From a virus: a stretch of DNA of 64,000 bases. Made by a program: the position numbers and the translations under genes. Numbering within the stretch: position 1 is the stretch's first letter; each line of letters starts with the position of its first letter. Below the pieces are notes generated by a model. The model was not told the DNA's origin. It saw only the letters and a list, made by a program, of their open reading frames with translations, and did no database searches. The stretch lies in the IMG/VR virus record IMGVR_UViG_3300045988_073563; one strand, written 5' to 3'. Below, one piece after another: positions 32,995 through 46,760 of the stretch.

Positions 32995-35900
32995 ATGGAA
33001 GATAACAGATTAAGATTAGGAGCTCGTAAATTAACTAGTTCTACATTTAATGTAAGAGACAGTGTAACTACTAATGATGGAGCGTCAGATAGAAAGTAGA
33101 AAGCTGCAGAATATAACCAGTATGTTCAAGAAAAGGGGTATACCGATCTTTACAATAAAGATGCAGTTAAATATCAGTATCAGCAGCAAGAAGAAACTAA
33201 AGATAAGGATACTTCTTGGTGGAATAAGGGCGCAAGATTTATGAGTATTGCTGCCAATCCTGTGTTAGGTTCATTGGCTAATAATATACAAGATTTGTAT
33301 AGAACCCCGTTAATACAATCTACTATAGAAAAAGCTGTAGAAACCAATATAAGTTCTCTGAAAGGTAATATAATAAAAAACGAAGTAAAGAATCTAAATG
33401 ATTTTGCCTTTGTTAAAGATTATGAAACCAGAAGACAACAAGCTTATGAATTAGCTAAGTAGGGAGATGAGGAAGGAGCTCAAAAAATATGGGACACACT
33501 ATCATAGGATTTCGCTAAATTTGATTAGATAACTAAATCAAATAAAGATCTTATATCTATGTACTACAAAGTTCCTAAAGTTGGAGGAGCTACGTATAGT
33601 GAAAAAAAATATCGCGGTATCAACTTATTAGGTGAATTAACAGATAGATCCTTAGCTCTTACCAATAGTAATATTAGATTGGCTGAAAAAGCGGAAGCTC
33701 CAAAAGACGTAACTTCAGTTAATGTAAGCAATATTCCTTTATGGAATAGATTTACTATAGCTTTAGACAATATTTTATCTTTTAATAATAGTGCAGAAGA
33801 AATAAGCGAATATGTTAATAAAGGATATGGTGATGCTGTGAATTTTGTTAGAAATGAAGAAGTATCTAATAATCCAGATAGAAGTGGCATAATAGCTAAA
33901 CTTAATCAGTTAGAAGAAGATAATAATACCAGTCATAATGTAAAAACTCAAAAACTTAGAGATAAACAAGAAACCTTACGTAATGGTAGTTGGTTCTTTG
34001 ATCCTGATGCTATTGACCCAGTATTTAGAGAAAAAGTAAATAATAACGAGTTTCAATGGACTGAACCAAGATCTTACTTATATGCTCTTCCACAAATAGG
34101 ATCATCAATGGGAGAGTTTGCTACTACTATAGAAACTGCTACTCTTGGTAGATTAGCTGGATTAACAGCTAAAGCATTAGGTAAAAGAGGTATTCCATAT
34201 GCTTCAGCTGCAGTTACTTTGACTGAAGCTGCTATCAATGCTGGGAATCAGTACTATCAAAGAACATAGGAAACAAATGCTGAAATCTTTGACTCATATC
34301 TATCTAACTTGGTTGGTTAGATGGAAAAAGGAGATATTAATCCAGAAACCATATTAACCAAAGGAGCTTAGGGGTTAGAAGCTAGGGGAATAAATGTACA
34401 AGAATTAACTGTTCCACAGATATTAGAGGAAATGTTAGTGTACAATATCAATACAGATGACCCTAGTTTTGAGAAAGCCAAGTATGATGCTTACTTAGGA
34501 TTGCGTGATGTAGAACAATCTAATATGGCGTTAGGTCTATGGGATTTAATGGATATGGGCTTGTATTCTTATGGAGGCAAACTGGCAATAAAGTCTGCAA
34601 AAGAAGGTTTTAAAGACGTAGCTAAAGGAATTTCTAAAGCAACTGGAGTAACAAAAGCCTTAAACTTAGGAGGTAAGTTTATAGATAATAGAATAAATAA
34701 AGCTCTTTATACCATAGCTGGAAAAGATGTTTTCAAAGCTAATAAGTATAAAGACTTATTTAATACTATGGGCAAAATGAGCGGTAAACTAGGTATAACA
34801 GCTTTTTCAGAAGGAACTGAAGAAGGTCAGCAGTATCTTATACAAAAAGATTATCAGTTATAGAATTCATATAATAGCGGAGAATTAACTTTAATAGATG
34901 CTTTTTTAAAGAATTTTAAATACGGTGCTGAAGCCAACTTAGCTCTTATGGGGTTACATCCAGACGATGCTTTAAATAATGATAAAGAACTTGAGCAGAA
35001 CATGAAAATTGGAGCTTTAATAGGCTTAGTAATGGGAGGTCCTGCTACAGCTATTTCTGACGGATACCAAATGATACGTAATGTGAAGTCAAATAACATG
35101 CTTCGCAATATGGCTGCATATGATATATCTAACAGAGAAAACGATGTTAAGGTAGATAGATGGTTTGATGCAGTAAAGAAAGGGTATACAGATGATATAT
35201 TGAATAATCTAGTAGATATAAAAGATAGATTTACTCCGGAAGGTCTTACACAAGAAGATATAGATGAAGATATAGTTAAAGCAAAAACTATAGAATCTAT
35301 TTATTATAATCCATCCGTTAATACTAATCTAGAAGATTTAAATATAAATAGAGGATCTGATAAACATAAAATTTTCGTTAAAAATGCGATTAAAGCATAT
35401 GATAATGAGAGAATATACAATGAAAAAACAAAAGAGGCAGACGCTAATTTGTAGAATTTACTAAAGATTAATGATGAAGAAAATGCAACTGCATTTAATT
35501 CTAATGTAGATGAATACTGGAATGGGTTAACAGAAGAGCAAAAGTTATCTTGGAACAATAGTAAAGACGAACTGGTAGCAGCTATAAAGAAGGTTAGAAA
35601 CCTGACTGCCACTTAGACTGTATATAGTAGGTTGAGAAGGTAGTTAAAGGATATGGACAAATTTGTTAGTGAAGCTAAAAAGAATGGTTTAGATGTAACT
35701 AATGAGAATATAGCAGCTATAGCTTCTTACATAAATAAAATTTCTAAATCTTTAGAAAAAGAGGTAAAGAATATTCCTAATGCCAAAGCTATGGTAGATA
35801 TATTTGGTTTATCTACCAATAAAGAAATAGATCAAGCTATTGCAGATAAGGCTATACTTACTGGTTTGTTACATAAAGCTGTTAATAGAAGATCTGCATA

Positions 35901-38900
35901 TTAGAATGGTATTGTGGTAAAAGATAATCAGAACAGGCAGATAGATTTTAATATCAGAAATTGGAATCAACTTACTCCAGAAGAGCAACAAACTATAATA
36001 GATAAGTAGACTAGTGAAGCAGAGCAGAATGGGAAAGATGCTCCATCGTTAGCTAGTATTATAGCTAGATATAATTAGAACGTACAACTGCAGATAAAAA
36101 TTCAGGGTGAAACTGTAAGAGCTGCTAGGGATTATGCTAATGAGATAATTAAAGCAGATATGGACAGATATGAACAAAATGATAGGTCATATACTGAACA
36201 AGATGTAGCTTTAAATGCAGAAGTAGAGAATGCCCTTAACTAGGATACTGAACAAGATACATCAGAAGTTGATTTTACTCCTACTGGTAATGCTGACAGT
36301 TCTTCTCCTTTACAAGGCACAGATATTAGTGTAAAGACAAAAGAGAAGAGAAAAGACAAAGACATCTATACTCAAACAGATGAAGATAAATTAACTAAAG
36401 CTAAAGAAGAAGTAGATACAGAAGAATTAGATGTAACTGATTTAGTTTCAACTGAGGATGCTCCAGACATTAGTGATGAACAGGAATCTATTAGGGAAAG
36501 AGCAATCAGGGAAGTAGAAAATCCATCTGAAAAAAAACCCAAAGACGATACTCAAGATAAAATTACAGAAGAAAATATAATGGATGCCAAGAACTGGGCA
36601 GATCCTGAAGATGATTTAGGTCTAACCAGAGATGATAATCCTGATATTGAAAGAGATCTTACTTAGATTGAAGATCTTACTCCAAAGGAATTAGACGCCA
36701 AAATACAAGAAGCAGAATCTACAGATAGTCGTAGTGACAATCCGTAGGCTGGAGATTTCTTTGTTTCTAATGATGGTAAAATGTTTCTTAACGGGGTGGA
36801 GATTACAGATGAACAATTAGCCAAAGAAAATTCGTACGATGAGTATGCAAATGATCCAGAACACACATTATCTGAAAAAGCTAATAAACTAGCAAAAGAA
36901 GGTGAAAAAGTTCCCGGGTTATCTACATCTGAAACTATACGAAATAATTGGTTAGTTGGTAGAACTTTATTCTATAGACCTGACGCTACACAACCTATGT
37001 AGCTTCCATTTAAAGTAAAAGGAGCTAAAAAAATACACAGTGGCAAAGAACTTGGAGAGGCTATGGGTAAACCGGGATTCTTAGATGGTGCTAAATTGTA
37101 TTTAGTGCCCGGTCCTACGTTCGATAAATCAGAAACATAGTTTGATCCTAATGATCCTAGAACCTATGAGAATGCAGCTGTATATGTTATAATTGACAAA
37201 GACGGAGATATATACGCTGCAGCATATAGAAGTCAGAAAAAGGCTACTTTAGATTATCAACGTAGATTGGGGGCTGAAAACATTGGTCCCGGTACTAAAG
37301 CTAATGAAGATCTTGAAGTACTAAGGGAACAGAAACAAAAAGTAGTTAGAGCCTATCTGCAGCAATGTCCAAAAGATAAGAACGGAAAATATGTATTACC
37401 AGATGAAGCCCTAACCCATGTAGTGCCTACTCAAGTAAATGTATCTAATGGGGTGTTTAATAATCAGAAAGACGGTAACAAGCCTAAATTGAGGAAACTG
37501 TCAGAATGTAAGACATTTGAGATTCCTCATAATCCATTAGACATATTCACAGAATGTACATTTGGATATGGAACCGGTGGAATGAGTGATGCAAACCCAT
37601 ACTTTATTAAACATATGGGTAATGATGAAGCACTATATACTAGTGGTGGTTTCTCTGGTAAAATAGTAATAGTACCTAAACCATCTGCCACTCCTAGAGG
37701 TAGATATTCTTTGCCTATATATTTGAGTGAAAAGTTCTTTAGAGATGATAAAGTAACTAAACCATCGCAGATAGTATTAAAGAGTCATGATGAAAATGGA
37801 AACCCAGCATCAGATAGACACTATACTAATTTTATGGAATATGTTTTAGATCTTATTACAGACGGAGACCCATATGGAGTACTGCCATTGATAGTAAATC
37901 AAGGAGCTAAAACTAGATTATCTTCAAAGAAACAAGAAGCTGCTCAATATCTTGCAAAGAAACAATTAGGATTTGATCCAGATACTAACAGATTCTATAT
38001 AGCATTACCAAATAGTCAAAGAGGTGGTTTGTATTTTAGAACAGAAATACCATTAGAACAAATAAAGACAGAGCCTAATGTCAGAAAGATGGTCATATGG
38101 TTTATGATGCAAAACTTCCACTGGAACACTGATAAAAATGTATTAACCAGTTCGCTTCCAGAACAGCTTAGAGATTTGGCTATACGTTTGAATCCAAAAA
38201 ATGATAAGATAGTACTATTCCCCGGAGAACTGGAATTTACGTTACAACAACTAGGTATTTCTAGAGTGGATGGTAAACTTGTAAAAGATAAAGTTGCCCC
38301 TCCTGCTATGGCTTGGACTATTGACAGTGGCAAGTTACTTACAGATATGGGTGATTATGCATTTAAAGATGGGTTTATATACATAGAAGATATAACTACA
38401 GATCAAACTGAAACTGCTGTAAGTGCGTCTACGTATCCTATAAGTAAAAAATCCTCTAAACAAGAGGAAACAAAAGAGATCAAAGAAAAAGGTACTAAGT
38501 TTTTTGGAAAGAAACAACTTAGAGACGTATTGTAGAAGTATAGACAACAAGTAGATAGCACTTAGGTTGAAGATTGGGGTATAGAGCAAATAGCAGAATT
38601 TGAAGAATATCTTGGTAAACATATCAGTACAAACAGAATGGAGGAGAACGGTAATACCATTACCAAATCTACATTTGAAAGAGGAAGTATCGTACATGTT
38701 ACTAACAAGTAGTCAGATTATATAACCCAATTCTTTGATAATTCAGATAATCCTATAGGAGAACCGATGGTAAATCTATCTATGAACTCTAAGTTGGCAA
38801 TGGACTTATTAAAGAAAGATAGTAATGGATTTTTAAGTTTATCTGATGAATCTATCCGTAAGATATTCACATATAATGCTACTGAAGAAACAGGAACTAG

Positions 38901-41900
38901 AGAAACAGAAGTAAAGCCTGTTGCTAAGGTTAATAGAAGAGCTAAAGCTCAAGAATTAGCTAGAACTATAAAACCATCAGATGCAAATGCTCCTAAAGTA
39001 GGAAGATTTATGACTTCTGATGAGATAAAAGAATATGCAGATGGCTTGAATCAAAAAGTAGCTACTGACAGTTTCGTATATCTGTATGATTAGGATGGTA
39101 AACCTCAAATGTTTATCAGAAGTATGATGGAAAAGCTTTTCCACGAGGTTGGAAGAGAAGTGAACGGATTATATTCTATAGAAAGTAACGAAATAGGGCG
39201 TGAAGAACAAGATCTTAAAGCTGCTAAGCAATGGTTGATGGATAAACTTGGTCTTGCTGTAGATCAGGTTAGAATATTCAATGGAGTAATGAGATCTGCT
39301 TCCAATGGTCCTAGAGTGTATGGTGTTACAAGAATGTCTGTTGGTAATGTAGCTAATATATTATTAGGTAAAGGAGCAGGTTTGGGTATATAGTATCATG
39401 AGGCTTGGCATTATATAAATATGCTTGTACATTCTGCTGCTGAAAGATAGATAATATATGAAGATTTCATTAAACATAATCCAGAGTATAAAAATAGAAC
39501 AGTAAATGAGATAGAAGAAGCTATGGCTGAGGATTTCCGTAATTGGGCTATAGTAGAGAATGCTAAATGGTTTCAATTAGGTTATCAAACAATAAAAGCT
39601 TTTAGAGCTATAAAAGGATTCGTAAAATCATTATTTGGTATATCTAATAATTTGACTACTAATATATATAGAAATATCAATAAAGGTAAGTACAAAGAAT
39701 ATTAGATGAATCAATCTTCTGTTGATGAATTTAATAAAGCTTATACAAAAAAAGGAGTGTATTTCTCAATACCGGGAGTAGATCAAGATAGGTTAAAAGA
39801 TATGCCCTCTATTATTAATCCGGATGTATTCTATAATGTAGTAGATTCTCTTACCAGTACTTTATTATCTATATTCAACATACGTAAGGCACAAGATATA
39901 GATAATTTAAGCTAGAATTTAGATTATTTACCTTCTATAATTGAAAGTAATATGATGGCAGGTATAACTCCAGAAGAGAATGATCAGCTTATAGAAGAAG
40001 TATTAGATAATTGGGACATATTCAAACAGTCTTTGGTAGAACAATTGAGTTCTCTTAACATAAAAGCTGTAGAAGTTGAAGAAAAATCTGATTATGATAC
40101 TGGAGAAAAGAGACCTGATGAGAAATATGATAGGGTATCTTATGAATTTTCTAAGAAACTTAACATGTCCTTCAATGCTAAACTATTCTTCTATTCTATA
40201 CCTAAAATGGAATATGATAAATCTAGAAAACTAGTACCAGTAACTGATCCTATTTTTGGTCTTAATATGACAGAATCTTTTGATGTTACTTGGAATAAGA
40301 TCATGGAGAATTTGTGGGACATTGAAAGATGGGAGGATTTAGAAAGCAGATGTGCTAGATTAGGCAAAGCTGACCCGTTCTTCATATCATTACTTAATTA
40401 TATAAGTGGTGCTAATAAACCTGACGAGAATACATGTACTCAAATTCTCACTACCATTAAGAGTGCAAAAAATGAAATGACTACTGTACAGTTCTAGGAT
40501 GCATTTTAGAAAGTAAAAACTAGTGCTGGACTAGAAGAATTTGTAAAAGATATTAAGACTACAGTTAGAGCTAAGTCTGGAGAATGGAGAGTAATTGATT
40601 CAGCAGTATTCAGATATCAGAATAAGTATCCTAGGCAATGGGGTAGATTATTTTATGTATCTGGAATGATAGATAAAAGCGATGTAAACAATTTTGTAAT
40701 AGACTCTGAAAAGTTAAACAACTTAGAGATAAGATTAGAAATAATAGCTGACGAATTGTCTGAAATAGCTCAACCTTTCATAAATAAAAAAATGAAAGGG
40801 TCTAATAAATTATCAGAAGATCAGATAAGACAAACTACAGTAAAAGCAAAATAGGATTTTGTAGAGATACTTAATAGTATTGGTATTGATGTAGATACTA
40901 AAACTATAGATTATCTGTTATATGGTACTGAAAGTTTAGATAAAAAACTACCTACAATAGAATCATTTGATAAATTATATACCATATTGAGATCTACTAA
41001 GAAAGGAAGTGCTAGAAACCAAATAATAGGTAATCTAAATAAGTTACAAGAAGGAGAATCTAAAGATTTGAAATTAGACAATCCTTTTCCAGCTGCAGAA
41101 GGTAGTTTCATACAAAAATTAGCTATAGCACACGGTAAATCTCATCCTAATCCTACTGAATTTAGTGTAACTGGACCTAATAACACTACTATTTATCCTA
41201 TTACTCAAAATAACTATATGTCAGACAGAGTTAGATGGTTTAATCAAGATGCTTCTGAAGTTGATAAAACACTACTAGCCACTTATAATAAACACTCTTT
41301 ATTATTAGGGGCACTGAAATAGGGTTCTAAATTAAGCCTCAGTACTCTTATTGCTGTGCGTAATGCTGATAATAGAGACAGTAGAGACTATTTCTAGATA
41401 TCACCTACTGAGGACTACATTGCTAAACTTACATTAGCTCATCAGAATAGAATCGTTATGCCAACTATGGCAGATAAAAAAACATGGTATTCTATAACTG
41501 GAGTTAATCTATTTCATGATTTATTAAGCAGATCTAGAATGACAGAAATACAAACAGAGAATGGTATTCAACAAATGTTTGTAGAAGATGATATGTATAG
41601 GTATTCTGATAATACTCTACAAGCCATATCGGATTATCTGCTAGATGAATTCAATGCTGTATACGATTACTATATACACAAATCTGAAGTAGAAGAAAAC
41701 CCTAATTTACGTATTGATAATTATCATGGTAAAATAAAGAATGGGGTTATGGACAACTCTGGTAATGGTGGTTATTTTAGGTATTTCTCTTCACTTAAGA
41801 TGAGACAACAAGATGGTACATATAAATATGTTCCTTTAAATCAGATGTTGTGGGCTTGGTCTAAATTTGATTATGATAATGGTGGTAATTAGATGGAGAC

Positions 41901-44900
41901 AAGATTAAAACAACTCCGAAATACTTTATTTGGAGACAAAGAAGCTCTATTTGATGCGATAAATGCAACATTATAGGATAAAGTCCAAGAGGAGATAACA
42001 TTCCTAGTAGATAAAGGAATAGTAAGAAGAGATGGTACAGAACTTGAAAATGTATTACTACCTACAAATATAGTGAAAGAGTATACAGATAGATCTAAAA
42101 ATCTAACCTCTGGTGATACATCTAGGAATAACAAGTCTGCTGCCGTTTATTCTATTATCGCAAATCATGTAGTAAATGAAATAGTATCTATAAATGAAAT
42201 TGAAAAAGCATTCGTAGGAGATCCTGCTTACTATAAATGGAAGAGAGATAAAAACAAACCATGGATAATAGTAGAAAGATCTGTAGATAAAATTAAACGT
42301 CTTGGTTCTGTATTGTCTACTGGGGATAATCTTAGAACTTTTTGGGGAGATGGAGATGTAAGAAATAATTCTAAATTTACTGTATTACACATGAGTGATA
42401 ATATGGTCAAATCTGTAAAATTCGATGAATACAAAAAGATGTTTACATCTGCTGAAGTAATGAAATATTTACAAAGGAAGAACCCTAACATTAGTCAGAG
42501 GCAACTTATTAATATGGTAAGTAAGGATAGTATTAATAAGACATTAAAAACTATTGACGCTAAATCAAGAAAATCAATTGAAGATTCTGTGGAAAGACAA
42601 ATCGCAGCATATGGGGTTAACAACAGAGGAGAAGGTAATATAAATTAGGCGGATGCTGCAGTTTATATTAGACCAGCCTTATATAAGAGAATTATCCAAG
42701 CTGTAGGAGAATGGTCACCAGAAGTTGAAACGGCTTTTGAGCTTTTAGAAAGTGATAATCAAGAGTGGTTGTCTGATCCAAAACAGTATGCTCAAGCTTT
42801 GGAAACGCTTATTAAACCATTGAAGATGGTGTACTTCGGAAATCACAACTTGACTAAGTTAGGTTTGAATGTTCCAGTATTTGATAAGATGGCAATATTC
42901 CCATTATTTAAAGTAATGGCAAAAGCTGATAACTATCATTTATATCAAAGAATGAACAATGATGAGCTGGGAACCATAGATATGCTTACGTTTGAATCAG
43001 CAGTTAAAGTGGGAGGTAGATAGAAATTTGCTCCATATAAAGATGCAGATAATTCTAGATTTAATATAGAAGATTTAAATAGACCTTCTACATCTACAGT
43101 AGTTGAAGAAACTAATTTCGAAGGTTTAGATACTGATAATTCTAAGTTACCTACATATATACAAGATCTTAGAAATTTACGTCTGTAGATGAACACAGAT
43201 CCTCATGAAAGCGTAGATAGATCTCTAGGTACGCAGTTTGCCAAAGTAGCCTTAAGTAATTTAATAAAAGATAGACCATATGGTTTAAATAAAGATGTAG
43301 AATACACCGGTAGATAGATTATAGATAATATATTTGGAGCTATAAATAGATTATCTGACATTGGAGCTCAAAAAATATATGATGAATTCTTAGAAGATGG
43401 TAAACCTTCTGAATAGAAACTATCTAAGTTCTTAATATCTCAAGGAAAATCTAGTGGTTTATCAAGAGATGCTTTATCTTCATTTGAAATAGACAAAACT
43501 ACTAGACAAATCAAGGTACCTTTGTCAGCCCAAAGTAATAGAAGATTTGTAGAAAGTAGAATAATATCAAGAGTAGGAAAAACTGCCATTGATATTAATA
43601 CTCCCGGTGGATCCGCTATCCAACATGCATTCTTTGGATTTAAAGATACTACTGGAGTATAGAAGCAATATCAAGTAGGTAGAGCTTTTAATGATGGTAA
43701 GCCTTTAAATCCTCTTAATAGCGATGGTAGTATGGATTGCATGTTGAGTACTAATTTCTTTAAACATATAGTTCCTAAGAAATATGCTTCTGATTATACT
43801 GCTATGAGAGACTGGTTGTTAGATAAGAAGATAATTGGGCAAGATGCTAAACCTTTTGCATTAGGTTATCGTATTCCAACTCAGGGTCTTTCTTCTACAT
43901 GTTCATTAAGAGTTACAGATGTGTTACCAGAATCTATGGGGGATGTTATAGTAGTTCCAGATGATTTTACTGCTATGACAGGATCTGACTTTGATATTGA
44001 TAAGCTATATATAGCTACAGGTTATTATGATAAAGATGGAAATTATTTGCAATGTAATTGGGACGATTTATCTAGTAATTCTGAAAAATAGCTTGTTAAT
44101 GGTCTGATAGACATGTATAGAGTTGCCATATCAGATGATAGTAACATTGATCAAAGTAGAGCACCTCTGGATAATCTTACAACTAAAGTAAAAGAAGAAA
44201 TAGTTCCTTTAGTTATGGGTAAATCTAAAGAGGAATGCAAGCCTATGTATGAACTCCTTCCTTCTTATTAGTTATTTAAGAAATTTGAATATACTGGAGG
44301 TAAAGATGGTATTGCTCCGTTTGCTCTTGCATCAACCAATCATGCTCTTACTCAAGCTCTAAACTTAAAAATGGATCTTGGATCAGTAGGAGATACATAT
44401 AATTTAGGGAATATAAATGATGTATTGTCACAAGATGGTGAGAGAATATTGGATTGGTTATCTGCAATGATTAACGCCCATGTAGACGTTGCAAAAGATC
44501 CATACATTATTAATCTTAATGTTAATTCTGTTACATATAGTATGACAGAGTTCTTGTTAAGGACTGGAAAAGGTGAAGTAACATTTTATTTCTTATCCCA
44601 ACCAATACTTAAGGATTTTGCCAATACGTTGATAAAGCTTAATGGGCAATATGGAGTAGATCCTAGTGATGTTAGTTATTCTGAGCTCATGGATGATACT
44701 TTATTTGAGTTGAAAAAATAGTATAAAGAAGAAGCGGAAGAATACATAAGTACTCTACCTAAAGAAGAACAGAAGAAGTTGCTAAATATATTGGATAATT
44801 GGGACGATAAAGATAAAGGAGTTGACAAATCATTAGCAGTAGATCCTTTAAAACTTGAAAAATCTTTGAACAGCAATATAAAAGGAGAGAGAAATCTTGA

Positions 44901-46758
44901 TTTCTATATTCAACAACTATTAGTAGCAGACGCTTATTCTAAAATGTTGCCATATGCTGAAAGACTAGCAAAACTAGTAAGATTATCTCAGATAGATACT
45001 AAAAAATATGGTAATACTCTATCACAACAGGCTAACTATAGCAAATAGGTATTTGACTTTATAAGAAAAGAAGGAGAATAGTTTTATCAGGTAGATGATA
45101 AAGGTTCTGTTATAGAAGGAGATGATGTAAATGCTTTAATGAACTACTATGTTGACAGTTTTCTAATGAAGAAACTTACTAATGCAGTAGATATTCCAAG
45201 AAACATACTATCAAGTTCGTTCTTACAAGCTACAGATATGTACAGTGGAATGTTCGTAAGTCTTGCAAATGTTATAACAGGAGATAGATCTAATATGAAC
45301 AAACAAGTTGCTACTAAATTAGATTCTATCATAGATAGTATTATAAGATCTAGAATAGCAAATAGTATAGAAGAAATGCATCTTGACGATGGAGAATATG
45401 CTAGAATGGTATTAGGTGATTGGACTGTTCCTAAAAGACTGTTTCAATTTAAAGCAGCTATTAGAAAGAATGATAATGGTAAATATAGTAGCATGTTAAC
45501 AGGAGATGGAACTATTAATAATTCATTCTTAAATTACTTAGTTCCTACTGTAGCTACTGATCTTACAGATACGGATTCAATAACTTTGTTGAACAACTCT
45601 ATGAGTAACAGTGCTAATTTCGAAAATAGACTTATAGCATACTTTAGTGATTTATTACAAAGTGACAATGAAGCTGTTAGAAAGTTCTCAAAGAGATTGG
45701 CTAAATACGCATTCTACACTTCTTACGATAATAAGAGTCCAAATTCCTTTGCTCATTTAATATCTAGTCAATATAGATTAGATACAGGGTATGCTGATGA
45801 AGTGAGAAGAACTATTCATGACATGAATAATGGTAGTTGGTTAAACAACATACTTAGCGATATTGATGAACCTACGTTAAGTAAGTATACTTCTTTAGCT
45901 ATGATAATAGCTCGTAACAACGCTCATGATCATGAAATAGTTAAGAATGTAACTAGACCAAAATCAAATTCTGGTAATTCATCTGCATTTATATATGAAA
46001 CAGCTCCTTGGAATGATGAATCTCAATATTTAGTTAGTTTCGCTACTAAGTCAAGGAAAGATGAAAGAGATTTCTTAGCCATTGATTATCCACAAGGTAA
46101 TAGTAGAAATACTGTTTTATATGTTAAAGCTGGTAAAGTAGAAGCATACGATAAGAAGAAAGCTAAGAAATTAGGTCAAGCTACACAAACTATATATGTA
46201 GCAATACCAAGATTAGGTAGAACTAAAGGTAGTGTCAACTTAAGTGAATACTTCAAAGATTACAATCAATTATCAGACTTTTCAGAAAACAATATTAATA
46301 CAATGACTGGCGAATAGATTATAGAGTATTTTGGTGATCATGAAAAGTTTAGATTAGCTGTGAAAGGATCTAATTTTAGCGATGTGGATATTACATTCCT
46401 ACCAAGTCAGTATATAACGGAAGATTTTGTATTTACTAAAGATCCATACAATCAAGAGGTGAACAATAATGAACCTACTCTTGAAAGTAATACTCCTAAA
46501 ACTGTAGCTATGGAAAGCAAGAAAATAGATAAAGAAGTTGCAGCAGAATCTGGTTTACTTAATAGAGATAATTTAATGAATAAAGTACAACAACAATTAT
46601 TAATAACTCAAGCATTGTCGGAAGCTGATATTCAATCAGATCCGTTATCTGGAGTAGAATCATCTGGACTTGATATTACAGGCATGTTTACAACAGAAGA
46701 TGATTTAAGTAAAGATAATTTTTCAGACGAAGCATTTAACATTTGTAAAAGTAAATAA
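32995..46758 (+). CDS. giant multidomain virion polyprotein (4587 aa) with RNA-polymerase-like DFDID motif and an HExxH motif
   Basis: ATG at 32995. Twenty-one listed ORFs from 33241 to 46360 are all in frame 1. I read every gap: 46 in-frame TAGs, no TAA/TGA, and TAA at 46756-46758. Contains GYRIPTQG...GSDFDIDKLY (DFDID at 43987-44001) and YHEAWHYI (39397-39411). Confidence 0.8.
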
Positions 46759-46760
46759 TT

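Noticed and set aside
1588-43196. Listed - strand ORFs inside the late module: 1588..1776, 3668..3970, 5138..5482, 8326..8595, 9542..9730, 10078..10299, 11700..12179, 12628..12927, 13452..13679, 24034..24255, 26943..27125, 27282..27542, 27704..27895, 29447..29659, 29755..30036, 30280..30510, 32054..32524, 33564..33890, 34854..35108, 35304..35612, 36663..36866, 38016..38697, 39364..39576, 40191..40385, 40911..41111, 41889..42134, 42231..42491, 42945..43196 and similar.
   Set aside because: All lie antisense to long, motif-bearing + strand frames. They have low-complexity or hydrophobic translations typical of shadow ORFs in AT-rich DNA. None has a recognisable motif or its own intergenic space.
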